From assembly GCA_963703225.1 (NCBI GenBank), contig OY969801.1, forward strand, positions 256,001-320,000: 64,000 nucleotides of DNA. Direction: 5' to 3'. Position 1 is the stretch's first letter. The number at the start of each line of letters is the position of its first letter. The DNA comes from Candidatus Eiseniibacteriota bacterium (lineage in GTDB: Bacteria > Eisenbacteria > RBG-16-71-46 > SZUA-252). Under the pieces are notes generated by a model. The model saw nothing but the letters and a program-made list of their open reading frames with translations, did no database searches and was not told where the DNA came from. The translations under genes were made by a program, and so were the position numbers. This document shows, piece after piece, positions 29,674 through 38,286 of the stretch.

Positions 29674-29970
29674 ATGCTCGGCGAGTTCAAGGCGTTCCTG
29701 GCAAAGCACAATGTCGTCGGGCTGGCGGTGGCGGTGGTGATCGGTGGGGCTGTCGGCAAGTTGGTGACCGCGCTCGTGACCGACCTCATCATGCCCGTCA
29801 TCGGCGCGCTCACGCCGAGCGGAAACTGGCGAGAAGCGACCCTCACGATCGGAAGCATCAAGTTCGGGATCGGCGACTTCGTGGGCTCCTTCATCGACTT
29901 CGTGATCATCGCGGCGGTGATCTTCCTGATCGTGAAGAACGTATTGAAGGACGAGCCCGTCAAGAAATAG
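29674..29970 (+). CDS. mscL: Large-conductance mechanosensitive channel
   Basis: EFKAFL, NVVGLAVAVVIGGA, LVTDLIMP, GDFVGSFIDFVIIA. Confidence 0.93.
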   Translation: MLGEFKAFLAKHNVVGLAVAVVIGGAVGKLVTALVTDLIMPVIGALTPSGNWREATLTIGSIKFGIGDFVGSFIDFVIIAAVIFLIVKNVLKDEPVKK

Positions 29971-29976
29971 CTGCCT

Positions 29977-30978
29977 ATGACGCATGAACCCGTCGTCCGC
30001 ATGGACGACCTCTACCCATGGCGCCCGCCAGAGCGGACCGACGCGCTCCCGCACTACCCGGCGCGAGACAAGGTGCTCCCCCTGGGCGACGCGATCCGGC
30101 GTCACCTGCGGCCCGGGGCCACCGTCGCGCTGGGCACCTGCCTCGAGCAGATGATCCCGTTCGCGGCCACCCACGAGATCATTCGCCAGAAGATCGGCGA
30201 CCTCACGCTCGTCGGGCCCGTTTCCGACATCGTCTTCGACCAGCTGATCGGCGCCGGGCTGGTCCGGCGCGTCGCGGCCGCGTGGGTGGGGAACGTCATG
30301 ATGGGCTCTGCCTACTGCTTCCGCCGCGCCGTCGAGAAGGGCTCCCCCCGAGCGCTTGAGGTGGTCGAGTTCTCCAACTTCACGCTCGCGCAGGCGCTCC
30401 ACGCGGCCGCGATCGGCGCCCCGTTTCTCCCCACCCGAAGCGTCCTCGGCTCCGACCTCGTCGATCGAAATCCCTGGATCGTCCCGATCGAGGATCCGCT
30501 TCAGGGCGGGCCCATTCTCGCGGTGAAACCGATCCAGCCCGACCTGACGATCGTGCACGTCCAGCGCGCCGATCCGCACGGGAACGCGACGATGTGGGGG
30601 AGCCTCGGTATCACCGCGGATGCCGCGCGCGCCGCGCGGGCCGTGGTCGTAACGGCCGAGGAGATCGTCTCCCCGGAGCAGCTCCGCCGCGACCCGAATC
30701 GCGTCGTCGTCCCGGGGCTGGTCGTGGCCGCCGTCTGCGAGGCGCGCTGGGGCGCCCATCCGTCTCCGGTGCAGGGCTATTACCGCCGCGACCATGAGGC
30801 GTACGCCGGCTACCATCGCCGGACGAAGAGCGAAGACGGATACGCCGAGTGGCGGGCCGAATGGGTGGACGACGTGGCGGATCTGGCCGGCTACGTGGCC
30901 CGCGTCGGGAACGAGCGGGTTGCCTCCCTCATTCCCATGGAGCACCACTTTGCGGAGCCGGTCGATTATGGCTACTAG
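29977..30978 (+). CDS. Family I CoA-transferase alpha subunit (glutaconate CoA-transferase GctA-like)
   Basis: PFAATHEIIRQ, DQLIGAG, PFLPTRSVLGSDL, HVQRADPHGN, GAHPSPVQGYY. Confidence 0.88.
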   Translation: MTHEPVVRMDDLYPWRPPERTDALPHYPARDKVLPLGDAIRRHLRPGATVALGTCLEQMIPFAATHEIIRQKIGDLTLVGPVSDIVFDQLIGAGLVRRVAAAWVGNVMMGSAYCFRRAVEKGSPRALEVVEFSNFTLAQALHAAAIGAPFLPTRSVLGSDLVDRNPWIVPIEDPLQGGPILAVKPIQPDLTIVHVQRADPHGNATMWGSLGITADAARAARAVVVTAEEIVSPEQLRRDPNRVVVPGLVVAAVCEARWGAHPSPVQGYYRRDHEAYAGYHRRTKSEDGYAEWRAEWVDDVADLAGYVARVGNERVASLIPMEHHFAEPVDYGY

Positions 30979-32542
30979 CGCGGCGGTTCCGACCGCGGCC
31001 GGCGCGGTTCGGGAACGTGTGGGGGAGCGGCGCGCGCCCGCGATCGTCTCGCCTCTCGTGCGGCCGGTCCCACGCGAATGGACACCGCTCGGCGCGCTCG
31101 CCGCGGTGGAGCAGCTTCCGCACGTGGTGTTTCTCGAGAGCGGGGGGCCGCTCGGCGAGGCCAGCGGCTGGACCATCCTCGCGTTCGATCCGCTCTGGCG
31201 GCTCGAGCTGCGCGACGCGGCGCTGCGGCGAATCGAAGGTGCTCGCTGGGAGGCGATTCCGGGGCACCCGCTGACGGCGCTCGCGTCTCTGTGGCCGGAG
31301 CGAGTCTCTTTCCAGCCGGCGCCGCCCATACCGTTTGCCACCGGCCTCGCCGGGTACCTCGGATACGACTTGAAGGACTGGATCGAGCGCTTTCCCAAGA
31401 AGGCGCGACGCGAGATCGACCTGCCCGATCTCTCGCTTGGCTTCTACGACGTGGTCTGGGCGTGGAATCGGGTCACCGGCGAGGCGTGGGTCGTCTCGAC
31501 CGGGCTGCCGGAAAGCGATCCTGGGCGCCGAAGCACCCGCGCCGGCGCTCGGCTCAGCGCGCAGTGGGAAGCGATCGAAGCGTCATTCGGACGCGGCGGG
31601 GGCGTCGGTGCGAACGCGCCAGTCCACGCCGAGGCAACGCCCCGGAGGGCGCCCGCGCACGCCGAGGGTGAGGCAGCGGCGCCCCACGACGGAACGGCTC
31701 CGCCGCTTGATCCTCGCGCCACCTCCAACTTCACGCGAGACGGCTATCTTCGCATGGTCGATCGCGCGCTCGAGCACATCGCCGCGGGGGACATCTATCA
31801 GGTCAACCTGGCGCAGCGCTTCTGGGTGGAGCGGGCGCCGGCGCTTCCAGCGCTCTATCGCTCCCTGCGCGAAATCTCACCGGCGCCGTTTCTGGCGTCT
31901 CTCTCGCTGCCCGGGGGAGGGATCGCCAGCTCTTCGCCGGAGCGGTTCTTTCGGATCGCGGGAGATCGAATCGAGACGTGGCCGATCAAGGGAACCCGGC
32001 CCCGCGGGCGGTCGCCGGAGGAAGACCTGGCGCTGGCCGGCGCGCTGCGACGAAGCGAAAAGGATCGCGCCGAAAACGTGATGATCGTGGATCTGGAACG
32101 AAATGACCTCGGGCGGGTGTGCGAGATCGGCTCGGTCTCGGTGCCGCTGCTCTGCGGCATTTCGAGCCACTCGAATGTCCACCACCTGGTCTCGCGCATC
32201 GAGGGACGCCTCCGCGCCGATGTGGGCCCCGTCGACGTCATTCGGGCGCTCTTTCCCGGGGGCTCGATCACCGGCGCCCCCAAGATCCGCGCCGTGGAGA
32301 TCATCGACGACTTGGAGCCGGTCCGGCGTGGGGTCTACACCGGCGCGATCGGCTATTGGGACGTCTCCGGCGATTGCGACTGGAACATCGCGATTCGGAC
32401 CGTCGTGGCGACCGCAGCCGGCGCTTCGTTCCACGCCGGCGGTGGCATCGTGGCCGATTCGACGCCCGAGGGCGAGTACGAGGAGACGTTGATCAAAGCG
32501 AGCGGCATGATGCGGGCACTCGGCATCCAGCACGAGAGATAG
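30968..32542 (+). CDS. pabB: Aminodeoxychorismate synthase component I (PabB/TrpE family)
   Basis: GYLGYDL, GDIYQVNLAQ, SSSPERF, PIKGTRPR, KDRAENVMIVDLERNDL, PGGSITGAPK, YTGAIG, GGGIVADS. Confidence 0.85.
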   Translation: MATSAAVPTAAGAVRERVGERRAPAIVSPLVRPVPREWTPLGALAAVEQLPHVVFLESGGPLGEASGWTILAFDPLWRLELRDAALRRIEGARWEAIPGHPLTALASLWPERVSFQPAPPIPFATGLAGYLGYDLKDWIERFPKKARREIDLPDLSLGFYDVVWAWNRVTGEAWVVSTGLPESDPGRRSTRAGARLSAQWEAIEASFGRGGGVGANAPVHAEATPRRAPAHAEGEAAAPHDGTAPPLDPRATSNFTRDGYLRMVDRALEHIAAGDIYQVNLAQRFWVERAPALPALYRSLREISPAPFLASLSLPGGGIASSSPERFFRIAGDRIETWPIKGTRPRGRSPEEDLALAGALRRSEKDRAENVMIVDLERNDLGRVCEIGSVSVPLLCGISSHSNVHHLVSRIEGRLRADVGPVDVIRALFPGGSITGAPKIRAVEIIDDLEPVRRGVYTGAIGYWDVSGDCDWNIAIRTVVATAAGASFHAGGGIVADSTPEGEYEETLIKASGMMRALGIQHER

Positions 32543-32609
32543 AGATCCAGGATTTCGCGCCATCCGCTGGGCGATCTTTCACGGGGCAATCAAGCTCGGG
32601 AGGCATCCG

Positions 32610-32993
32610 ATGGAATTCGAGGTCATCTCTTCGCCGGACACTTCTCCGGCATTTGGACCGTACTCGCAAGCGACGCGTGCGGGCGGCTTCGTCTTTGTCT
32701 CGGGCCAGGCGGCAATCGATCCCAAGACCGGCAAGCTCATCGAGGGCGGAATCCGCGAGCAGACCACGCTGATTCTGAAGAATATCTCGGCGATCCTGGA
32801 CGCGGCGGGAAGCGACTTAGGCCATGTCGTCAAGGTCACGATCTACCTGTCGGATTGGAAGTACTTCAAGGAGATGAACGAAGTCTACGCCACGTTCTTC
32901 CCCGGCAAGGCGCCGGCGCGGGCGACGGCGCAGGGGGCGAGGTATCCCGAAGGATCCTTGCTCGCGATGGAAGCGATCGCGCTGGTGAAGTGA
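32610..32993 (+). CDS. RidA/YjgF family imine deaminase
   Basis: GPYSQA, VSGQ, VVKVTIYL, MNEVYATFF, PARA. Confidence 0.92.
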   Translation: MEFEVISSPDTSPAFGPYSQATRAGGFVFVSGQAAIDPKTGKLIEGGIREQTTLILKNISAILDAAGSDLGHVVKVTIYLSDWKYFKEMNEVYATFFPGKAPARATAQGARYPEGSLLAMEAIALVK

Positions 32994-33083
32994 TGAGAGG
33001 GGGCTCCGCGCGGCCTCGGGCGGGGACGCCGTGCTCCACGACGACATGGGGGCTGTCTGGCGGGCAAGGGTCTCCTTGCTTGG

Positions 33084-33557
33084 CTACCCGCGGTCGTACG
33101 CCTCCTGCAGGCCCTGGATGCTTAGCTTTTCCATCTGAAGCATCGCCTTCATAACCCGATTGGCTTTCACAGGGTCCTTGTCTCCCAACAGCTTGCCCAG
33201 GATGGAGGGAATGATCTGCCAGGAAAGCCCGAACTTGTCTGTGAGCCAGCCGCAGCGGTTCGGTTTTCCGCCGGCGGAGAGCTTCTCCCACAGCTCGTCC
33301 ACTTCCTGCTGCGTCTCGCAATTCACGAAGAGCGATATGGCCGGGGTGAAGGTGTACTCCGGGCCGCCGTTGAGCGCGTAAAAGTCCTGCCCCAGGAGCT
33401 GAAAGGTCGCCGACATGACGGACCCTTTGGGTCCGGGCCCGGCGTCTCCATATCGAGTGACCCTCACGACTTTTGAATTCTTGAAGATGGAGACATAGAA
33501 ATTCATCGCCTCTTCCGCCTTGCCATCGAACCATAGAAACGGAGTGATCTTTTGCAT
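33084..33557 (-). CDS. VOC/PhnB-like (3-demethylubiquinone-9 3-methyltransferase family) protein
   Basis: MQKITPFLWF, ALNGGP, CGWLTDKFGLSWQI. Confidence 0.92.
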   Translation of the reverse strand: MQKITPFLWFDGKAEEAMNFYVSIFKNSKVVRVTRYGDAGPGPKGSVMSATFQLLGQDFYALNGGPEYTFTPAISLFVNCETQQEVDELWEKLSAGGKPNRCGWLTDKFGLSWQIIPSILGKLLGDKDPVKANRVMKAMLQMEKLSIQGLQEAYDRG

Positions 33558-34049
33558 CTAGCTCTCCTTCACCGGCGCCAGCAGCTCCGCCAGCTTGTCG
33601 AAGCTGGCTGCCACACCCTGCTCCATGGGGGACTTGAGGACCGCGTCGCGAACCTCCTTCGACGCGTAGCGAACCGTGGTCGTCAGGGTGGTCTTCCCGC
33701 CTCGCTCAACCAGCGTGGTCGTTCCGACTGCCTCGCCCTCGTACCATGGCTCGTCGAACTGCTCGGTGGCGACGATCCGCTCCGGTGGGACGACCTCGCG
33801 ATAGACGCCGCGCATCCCCATTTCGGCTCCGTCGGTACCCCGCCAGACGTAACGATAGCTGCCGCCCACCCTCAGATCGATCTCGCAGATGGCCAACGAC
33901 CAACGCCCAAACACGCCCAGCCATCGCTGGACCAGCTCGGGCTTGGTGTAGGCCTCGAAGACCATCCTTCGCGGCGCGTCGAAGATTCGGGTCATCGCGA
34001 TCTCCCGGTCGCTCGGGGTCGTGATCGTCAGACTTCCAACTGTTTTCAT
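33558..34049 (-). CDS. SRPBCC/AHSA1-family protein
   Basis: REIAMTRIFDAPRRMVFEAYT, DLRVGGSYRY, GVYREVVPPERIV. Confidence 0.9.
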   Translation of the reverse strand: MKTVGSLTITTPSDREIAMTRIFDAPRRMVFEAYTKPELVQRWLGVFGRWSLAICEIDLRVGGSYRYVWRGTDGAEMGMRGVYREVVPPERIVATEQFDEPWYEGEAVGTTTLVERGGKTTLTTTVRYASKEVRDAVLKSPMEQGVAASFDKLAELLAPVKES

Positions 34050-34408
34050 CGCGGCTTTCTCCTCCTGTGCTTGGGCCGGCTTGTCCGTGCCTTCATCTCG
34101 TCGAGCACGGCGTCGAGACGCTTGAAGCTCTGCATCCAATACTGACGATAGGTCTCCAACCACTGGGTCGCCTCCGCGAGCGGCTTGGCCTCCAGGCGGC
34201 GCGGCCGCCGCTGCGCGTCCTTGCCGCGCGAGACCAGGCCCGCGCGCTCCAATACTTTGAGATGCTTGGAGATCGCGGGCTGGCTCATCGCGAACGGCTC
34301 GGCCAGCTCCGTCACGGAGGCCTCACCCGACGCGAGCCGGGCGAGGATCGCCCGCCGGGTTGGATCCGCGAGCGCCGCGAACGTCGCGTCGAGGTGATGC
34401 GGGGTCAT
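34046..34408 (-). CDS. ArsR/SmtB-family transcriptional regulator (alternative in-frame start at 34432)
   Basis: FAALADPTRRAILARL, SQPAISKHLKVLERAGLV. Confidence 0.93.
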   Translation of the reverse strand: MTPHHLDATFAALADPTRRAILARLASGEASVTELAEPFAMSQPAISKHLKVLERAGLVSRGKDAQRRPRRLEAKPLAEATQWLETYRQYWMQSFKRLDAVLDEMKARTSRPKHRRRKPR

Positions 34409-34427
34409 CGGGCCGTGGCCGAGGGTG

Positions 34428-34468
34428 TACATAACTGATAGGTTATATAAAGCGCCGCCGATTGTCAA
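34428..34468 (-). promoter_or_regulatory. Sigma70-type promoter overlapped by a palindromic ArsR-type operator
   Basis: Minus strand: TTGACA (34468-34463), 17 nt, TAACCT. Palindrome ATAAC-N6-GTTAT at 34431-34446 overlaps the -10. Confidence 0.7.
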
Positions 34469-34497
34469 GCACCAGAGATTGGGGGACCATCGCGGCC

Positions 34498-35496
34498 ATG
34501 AGAGCGATGGTTCTCGGCCGGCAATCGCCCGTCTCCTCGTCTCCGCTGGTCCTCCGGGACGTGCAGGAGCCCGTTCCCGGGCCTGGCGAGGTGCGCGTCC
34601 GCGTCCGCGCCTGCGGCCTGTGCCGCACCGACCTCCACGTGATCGAGGGGGATCTTCCTCCGAAACGCCTCCCTCTGATCCCCGGACACCAAGTGGTCGG
34701 TGTCGTCGATCAACTCGGGGCGGGAGCCAAGCGCTTCCAAGCGGGCGACCGGGTCGGGATCGCATGGCTCCGCCACACGTGCGGTCTCTGCGCCTACTGC
34801 CGCGGGGGCCGAGAAAACCTCTGCGAGTCGTCTCAATTCACCGGCTACGACGCCGACGGAGGCTACGCGGACCTGGCCGTGGTCTCGGAGGCGTTCGCGT
34901 ACAAGATCCCCGACGTCTTCGGCGACGCCGAGGCCACGCCCCTCCTCTGCGCGGGGATCATCGGCTACCGGGCGCTCCGGCGCGCCGAAGTGCCCCGTGG
35001 CGGCAAGCTCGGAATCTGGGGTTTTGGCTCGAGCGCCCACATCACGATCCAGGTCGCGCTGTCGCGCGGGTGCCGGGTCTATGTCGCGACGCGAGGCGAG
35101 ACGCATCAGGCGCTCGCGAGGGAGATGGGAGCCACCTGGGTCGGGGGCGCGCTCGATTCGCTTCCCGAAAAGGTCGACGGCGGCATCCTGTTCGCCCCCG
35201 CGGGGGAGATCGTCTCGCCCGCGCTTCGCTCGATCGACAGGGGAGGCTCGCTCGCGGTCGCCGGGATCTGGGTGAGCCCCATCCCGGGACTCGACTACGA
35301 GCGGGATCTCTTCTACGAGCGAAATCTACGCAGCGTCACCTCCAACACGCGCGCCGACGGCGAGGCGTTGCTGGCCGAGGCGGCCTCGATCCCGATCCGG
35401 CCCCGCGTGGTCGAATACCCGCTCGCGGAGGCCAACCAGGGCCTGAATCGGCTCAAGGCGGACGGGATCGACGGGACAGGCGTGCTGATCCTCTAA
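34498..35496 (+). CDS. Zinc-dependent alcohol dehydrogenase family protein
   Basis: CGLCRTDLH, PGHQVVG, structural Zn site CGLCAYC...C, PLLCAGIIGYR, GFGSSAH. Confidence 0.93.
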   Translation: MRAMVLGRQSPVSSSPLVLRDVQEPVPGPGEVRVRVRACGLCRTDLHVIEGDLPPKRLPLIPGHQVVGVVDQLGAGAKRFQAGDRVGIAWLRHTCGLCAYCRGGRENLCESSQFTGYDADGGYADLAVVSEAFAYKIPDVFGDAEATPLLCAGIIGYRALRRAEVPRGGKLGIWGFGSSAHITIQVALSRGCRVYVATRGETHQALAREMGATWVGGALDSLPEKVDGGILFAPAGEIVSPALRSIDRGGSLAVAGIWVSPIPGLDYERDLFYERNLRSVTSNTRADGEALLAEAASIPIRPRVVEYPLAEANQGLNRLKADGIDGTGVLIL

Positions 35497-35637
35497 CAGG
35501 GCAGTTTTCACGCCCTGGCAGCCGGGCGCTCGCCGCGCGCGGTGCGCCGTTGACCCTCTTCGTGGACCGGGGTAGCCTCGACGGCCTGGGCAGAAGCATG
35601 CGTCCATTTCCCCTGCGCGGACCACGCGCCCCTTCCG

Positions 35638-38286
35638 ATGGCGGACGTCAGCCTCGTAGGCAAGACACTCTCTCACTACCGCGTCATGGCCCTCGCGGGC
35701 GACGGCGGGATGGGCGTGATCTACCGTGCCTACGACCAGCGGCTCCGCCGCCCGGTCGCGCTCAAAGTGCTGCCGACGGGAATGATCGCGGACGAAGGCG
35801 CACGGCGGCACATCCGCGACGAAGCGCTCACCCTCTCGCGGCTCAACCACCCGAACATCGAGACCGTCTTCGACTTTGATTCGCAAGACGGCATCGACTT
35901 CCTGGTGATGGAGTACATCGAGGGGCGAACGCTGGCCATCGAAATCGCCGGGCGACCCCTTCCGGAACGGCGGATCGCGGAGATCGGGGCGCAGATCGCG
36001 GAGGCGCTGAGGGCGGCACACCGGAAGCACATCGTCCACCGAGACCTGAAGCCCGGAAACATCATGGTCTCGGCCGATGGACGGGTGAAGGTCTTGGACT
36101 TCGGAATCGCCAAGCTCTTCGGCCCCGCCGACCCCCTGGACACGACGCGAACGTGGCAGGAGACATCGGGCGTCAAGGGGACGCTGCCCTACATGGCGCC
36201 GGAGCAGCTGCGCGGGGAGACCGTCGACGCCCGCACCGACATCTATGCCCTCGGAGTCGTCCTCTTCGAGATGGCCTCCGGCGTGAGGCCGTTCGACCGG
36301 CCCCTCACCACGGCATTGATCGAGGAAATTTGCCACAAGCCCGCGCCGCCTCTGGGCCGGTACAACGCGAAGGTTTCACGCCGGCTCGAGGATATCGTAA
36401 CCAAGTGCCTCGAAAAGGATCCTGCCCACCGCTATCAATCCGCAATCGAAGTGAAGGTCGACCTCGAGCGTCTCGGGCGCCACGATCCCAAGCCCGTGGC
36501 CGACGAGAAGCCAAAGCGCAGGCGTCGGATTCAATGGATCCTCCCCATCGCCGCGGTCGCGGTCGCCGCGACCCTGGCACTTGTGGCGAATTGGTCCAGC
36601 GTCAGCTCGATTCTGAGCGCGATAGTCGAAAGTCTCGGCGGACAGGGAACACTTCCCGTCGAGCGACAGGTGACGTTTGTGGGCCGTGCGGCCCTTCCGG
36701 CGATCTCTCCAGACGGCAAATCCATGGCCTATGCCGATCTCGGACCCCTCGATGCGGGCGGGCCGACCCGGATCATGGTTCGCAGTCTGTCAGGCGGCAA
36801 GCCGCTCGAGGTGCTCCGCGTCAGAGAGTGCCGCAGCCTGCGCTGGTCTCGGGATGGGACGTGGCTGGCGTGCGCCGCCCTTGCGGATGAGGGCGACGGT
36901 GTCTATCTGGTTCCCCAATTCGGTGGGGAGCACAGGCGGCTTCCGTCGAGCGCCGGCATTGCGTGGAATCCGGATGGGTCGAAGCTGGTCTCCTGGCGGG
37001 CTTCGTTGCGAAGCGTCTGTTTGATCGACGTGGGGACCCGTGATACGACCATTGTCCCCATTCGCGCCGACTACCGGTGGCTCATGGACGGCGATTGGTC
37101 CCCCTCCGGGGAGCGGTTGGTTCTGCTCACTCGGGATGACCAGCAACGTCAATCGCTCTGGACGATGGAGCCCAACGGGGGCGAGCTTCGACGCGTTTAC
37201 CAGGATTCCATGGCGATTGAATCTCCCCGATGGTCTCCCTCCCACGAAGGAGTCTACTTCGTCCGATCTCGCGGCACGCTCCAAGACCTCTGCTTCCTGC
37301 CCGTTTCCGGTAGAACCGGGAAGAGGATCGGAAAGCCGCGCACCGTGCTGCCGAGCCGAAGCCTTGGCAGATGCGTCTCATTTTCGAGCGACGGAACGCT
37401 AATGCTCTACGCGCAAAGTTTCCAGCAAGAGAACTTGTGGCGGGTCGAGCTAGGGGCTACGCCCGCCGGAGAGGTACTCCATGGCGTCCCGCTCACCCAA
37501 GGCACGTTTCGTGATGAGGATCCGTCCGTCTCTCCCGACGGGAGCCGCGTCGCGTTCGCGCGCCGCGCGGGGGTTGCAGCCAACATCATGTCGATGTCTC
37601 TCGCCGGGGGCGATGAGAAGGAATTGACGTCGCTTCACTCTAGGAATTCGCAGCCGGTGTGGTCGCCGGCCGGGCAAGACGTCGCCTTCAGCTCGTCGGA
37701 GGGCGGAAAGCAGCGCGTATGGGTGGTTCCTGCCCAGGGAGGAACCCCCCACCCGTGTGGCGCCGGGCTCGCCACGAACGACCAGTATTCGATGACGTGG
37801 GCTCCGGGGGCGCGGGTCATCTATCTGCGGCCGGGGAACCAGGAGCTGGTTCTTCTCGATCCCGCGACGGGGGCCGAGGAGAAGCTCATCCGTGACCCCC
37901 CGCGGGGCTGGATGTTCTCTCCCCGCCACTCCCCTGACGGCAAGCACGTGGCCGTCGCGTGGTCCCGGACGCCCCGCAGCGGGGTCTGGGTGGTGTCGCT
38001 GTCGGACCGCTCACAACGGGAGCTCCAAGACGGCCGAGACGACTACGTCGCGGGTTGGTCGCCCGACTCCCGTTGGGTCCTCACATGGGATCCGACCGCG
38101 ATGCCGTCTTTGTTGCGCGCGCTCCCGGCCTCGGGGGGGCCGGCTCGGACCGTTGCGCGGCTGAGCCTCGACGGCCAGATTACGAATGTCGCGCTGAACC
38201 CCGACGCGACCCGCGCCGTCTGCTCCGTCGAGAAGGAAAGCTCCGATCTCTGGCTCCTCGAGCACTTCGATCGTGGGGGGCGGTAG
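35638..38286 (+). CDS. Hanks-type Ser/Thr protein kinase with TM and extracellular TolB/PD40-like beta-propellers
   Basis: GDGGMG, VALK, HRDLKPGN, DFG, GTLPYMAPE, DIYALG; TM at WILPIAAVAVAATLAL; repeated SPDG/WSP motifs. Confidence 0.93.
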   Translation: MADVSLVGKTLSHYRVMALAGDGGMGVIYRAYDQRLRRPVALKVLPTGMIADEGARRHIRDEALTLSRLNHPNIETVFDFDSQDGIDFLVMEYIEGRTLAIEIAGRPLPERRIAEIGAQIAEALRAAHRKHIVHRDLKPGNIMVSADGRVKVLDFGIAKLFGPADPLDTTRTWQETSGVKGTLPYMAPEQLRGETVDARTDIYALGVVLFEMASGVRPFDRPLTTALIEEICHKPAPPLGRYNAKVSRRLEDIVTKCLEKDPAHRYQSAIEVKVDLERLGRHDPKPVADEKPKRRRRIQWILPIAAVAVAATLALVANWSSVSSILSAIVESLGGQGTLPVERQVTFVGRAALPAISPDGKSMAYADLGPLDAGGPTRIMVRSLSGGKPLEVLRVRECRSLRWSRDGTWLACAALADEGDGVYLVPQFGGEHRRLPSSAGIAWNPDGSKLVSWRASLRSVCLIDVGTRDTTIVPIRADYRWLMDGDWSPSGERLVLLTRDDQQRQSLWTMEPNGGELRRVYQDSMAIESPRWSPSHEGVYFVRSRGTLQDLCFLPVSGRTGKRIGKPRTVLPSRSLGRCVSFSSDGTLMLYAQSFQQENLWRVELGATPAGEVLHGVPLTQGTFRDEDPSVSPDGSRVAFARRAGVAANIMSMSLAGGDEKELTSLHSRNSQPVWSPAGQDVAFSSSEGGKQRVWVVPAQGGTPHPCGAGLATNDQYSMTWAPGARVIYLRPGNQELVLLDPATGAEEKLIRDPPRGWMFSPRHSPDGKHVAVAWSRTPRSGVWVVSLSDRSQRELQDGRDDYVAGWSPDSRWVLTWDPTAMPSLLRALPASGGPARTVARLSLDGQITNVALNPDATRAVCSVEKESSDLWLLEHFDRGGR

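Noticed and set aside
38180..38286. 107-nt convergent overlap between the LanC fusion and the Ser/Thr kinase, read as a functional link
   Set aside because: LanC similarity ends near PILLP (about 38285) and the remaining tail is low-complexity, so it is probably stop-codon drift or an indel. Nothing ties the membrane kinase to the RiPP cluster beyond adjacency.
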